Below, one piece after another: positions 29,720-29,986 of a stretch of DNA of 29,986 bases. How positions within the stretch are numbered: the first letter of the stretch is position 1; each line of letters opens with the position of its first letter. The stretch lies in UHGV virus genome UHGV-0038722; one strand, given 5' to 3'. Source of the DNA: a virus. A program made the translations under genes and the position numbers. The notes beneath the pieces are model-generated. The model saw only the letters and a list, made by a program, of their open reading frames with translations. It did not search any database and was not told where the DNA came from.

Positions 29720-29986
29720 GAGAATCCAGATGGATGCACAAACACGCCGCCGCGAACGTCGCGCAGAGAAACAGGCTCAATGGAAAGCAGCAAATCCACT
29801 GTTGGTTGGGGTAAGCGCAAAACCAGTTAACCGCCCTATTCTCTCGCTGAATCGCAAACCGAAATCACGAGTAGAAAGCGCACTGAATCCGATAGACCTT
29901 ACGGTGCTGGCTGAATACCACGAACAGATTGAAAGCAACCTGCAACGTATTGAGCGCAAGAATCAGCGCACATGGTACAGCAAGCC
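29720..29986 (+). CDS. N: Antiterminator N (lambda N type), 3' end beyond window
   Basis: Hand-translated MDAQTRRRERRAEKQAQWKAANPLLVGVSAKPVNRPILSLNRKPKSRVESALNPIDLTVLAEY... with arginine-rich motif; matches lambda N from memory; ORF runs off the window end. Confidence 0.9.

Overview
The window reads as one contiguous temperate lambdoid phage or prophage segment, encoded almost entirely on the minus strand, with no host genes, tRNAs or CRISPR arrays seen. All protein identifications below are by recognition from memory and by motifs; no database search was run. It is a mosaic: phage 434-type immunity (cI, cro, 14-bp ACAA..TTGT operators), lambda-type N/nutL/nutR, cII, nin genes, Q with pR'/tR' and S-R-Rz/Rz1 lysis genes, P22-type replication genes (O-like initiator with iterons, DnaB-like helicase), and a P22/Sf6-type virion module (TerS, TerL, portal, scaffold, coat, gp4/gp10/gp26, gp14, ejection proteins gp7/gp20/gp16, an immI region, and the 5' part of a tailspike gene running off the window start). 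The best candidates for an undescribed system are two lysogen-expressed accessory cassettes. One is a three-gene cassette translationally coupled to mnt (2757-3795), in the position where P22 carries sieA. The other is a secreted small protein coupled to cI (28864-29268), in the position where lambda carries rexAB. Also notable are a probable sar-like antisense RNA at the ant start, operator palindromes in the arc/mnt divergent promoter region, and an extra zinc-ribbon gene between arc and ant.
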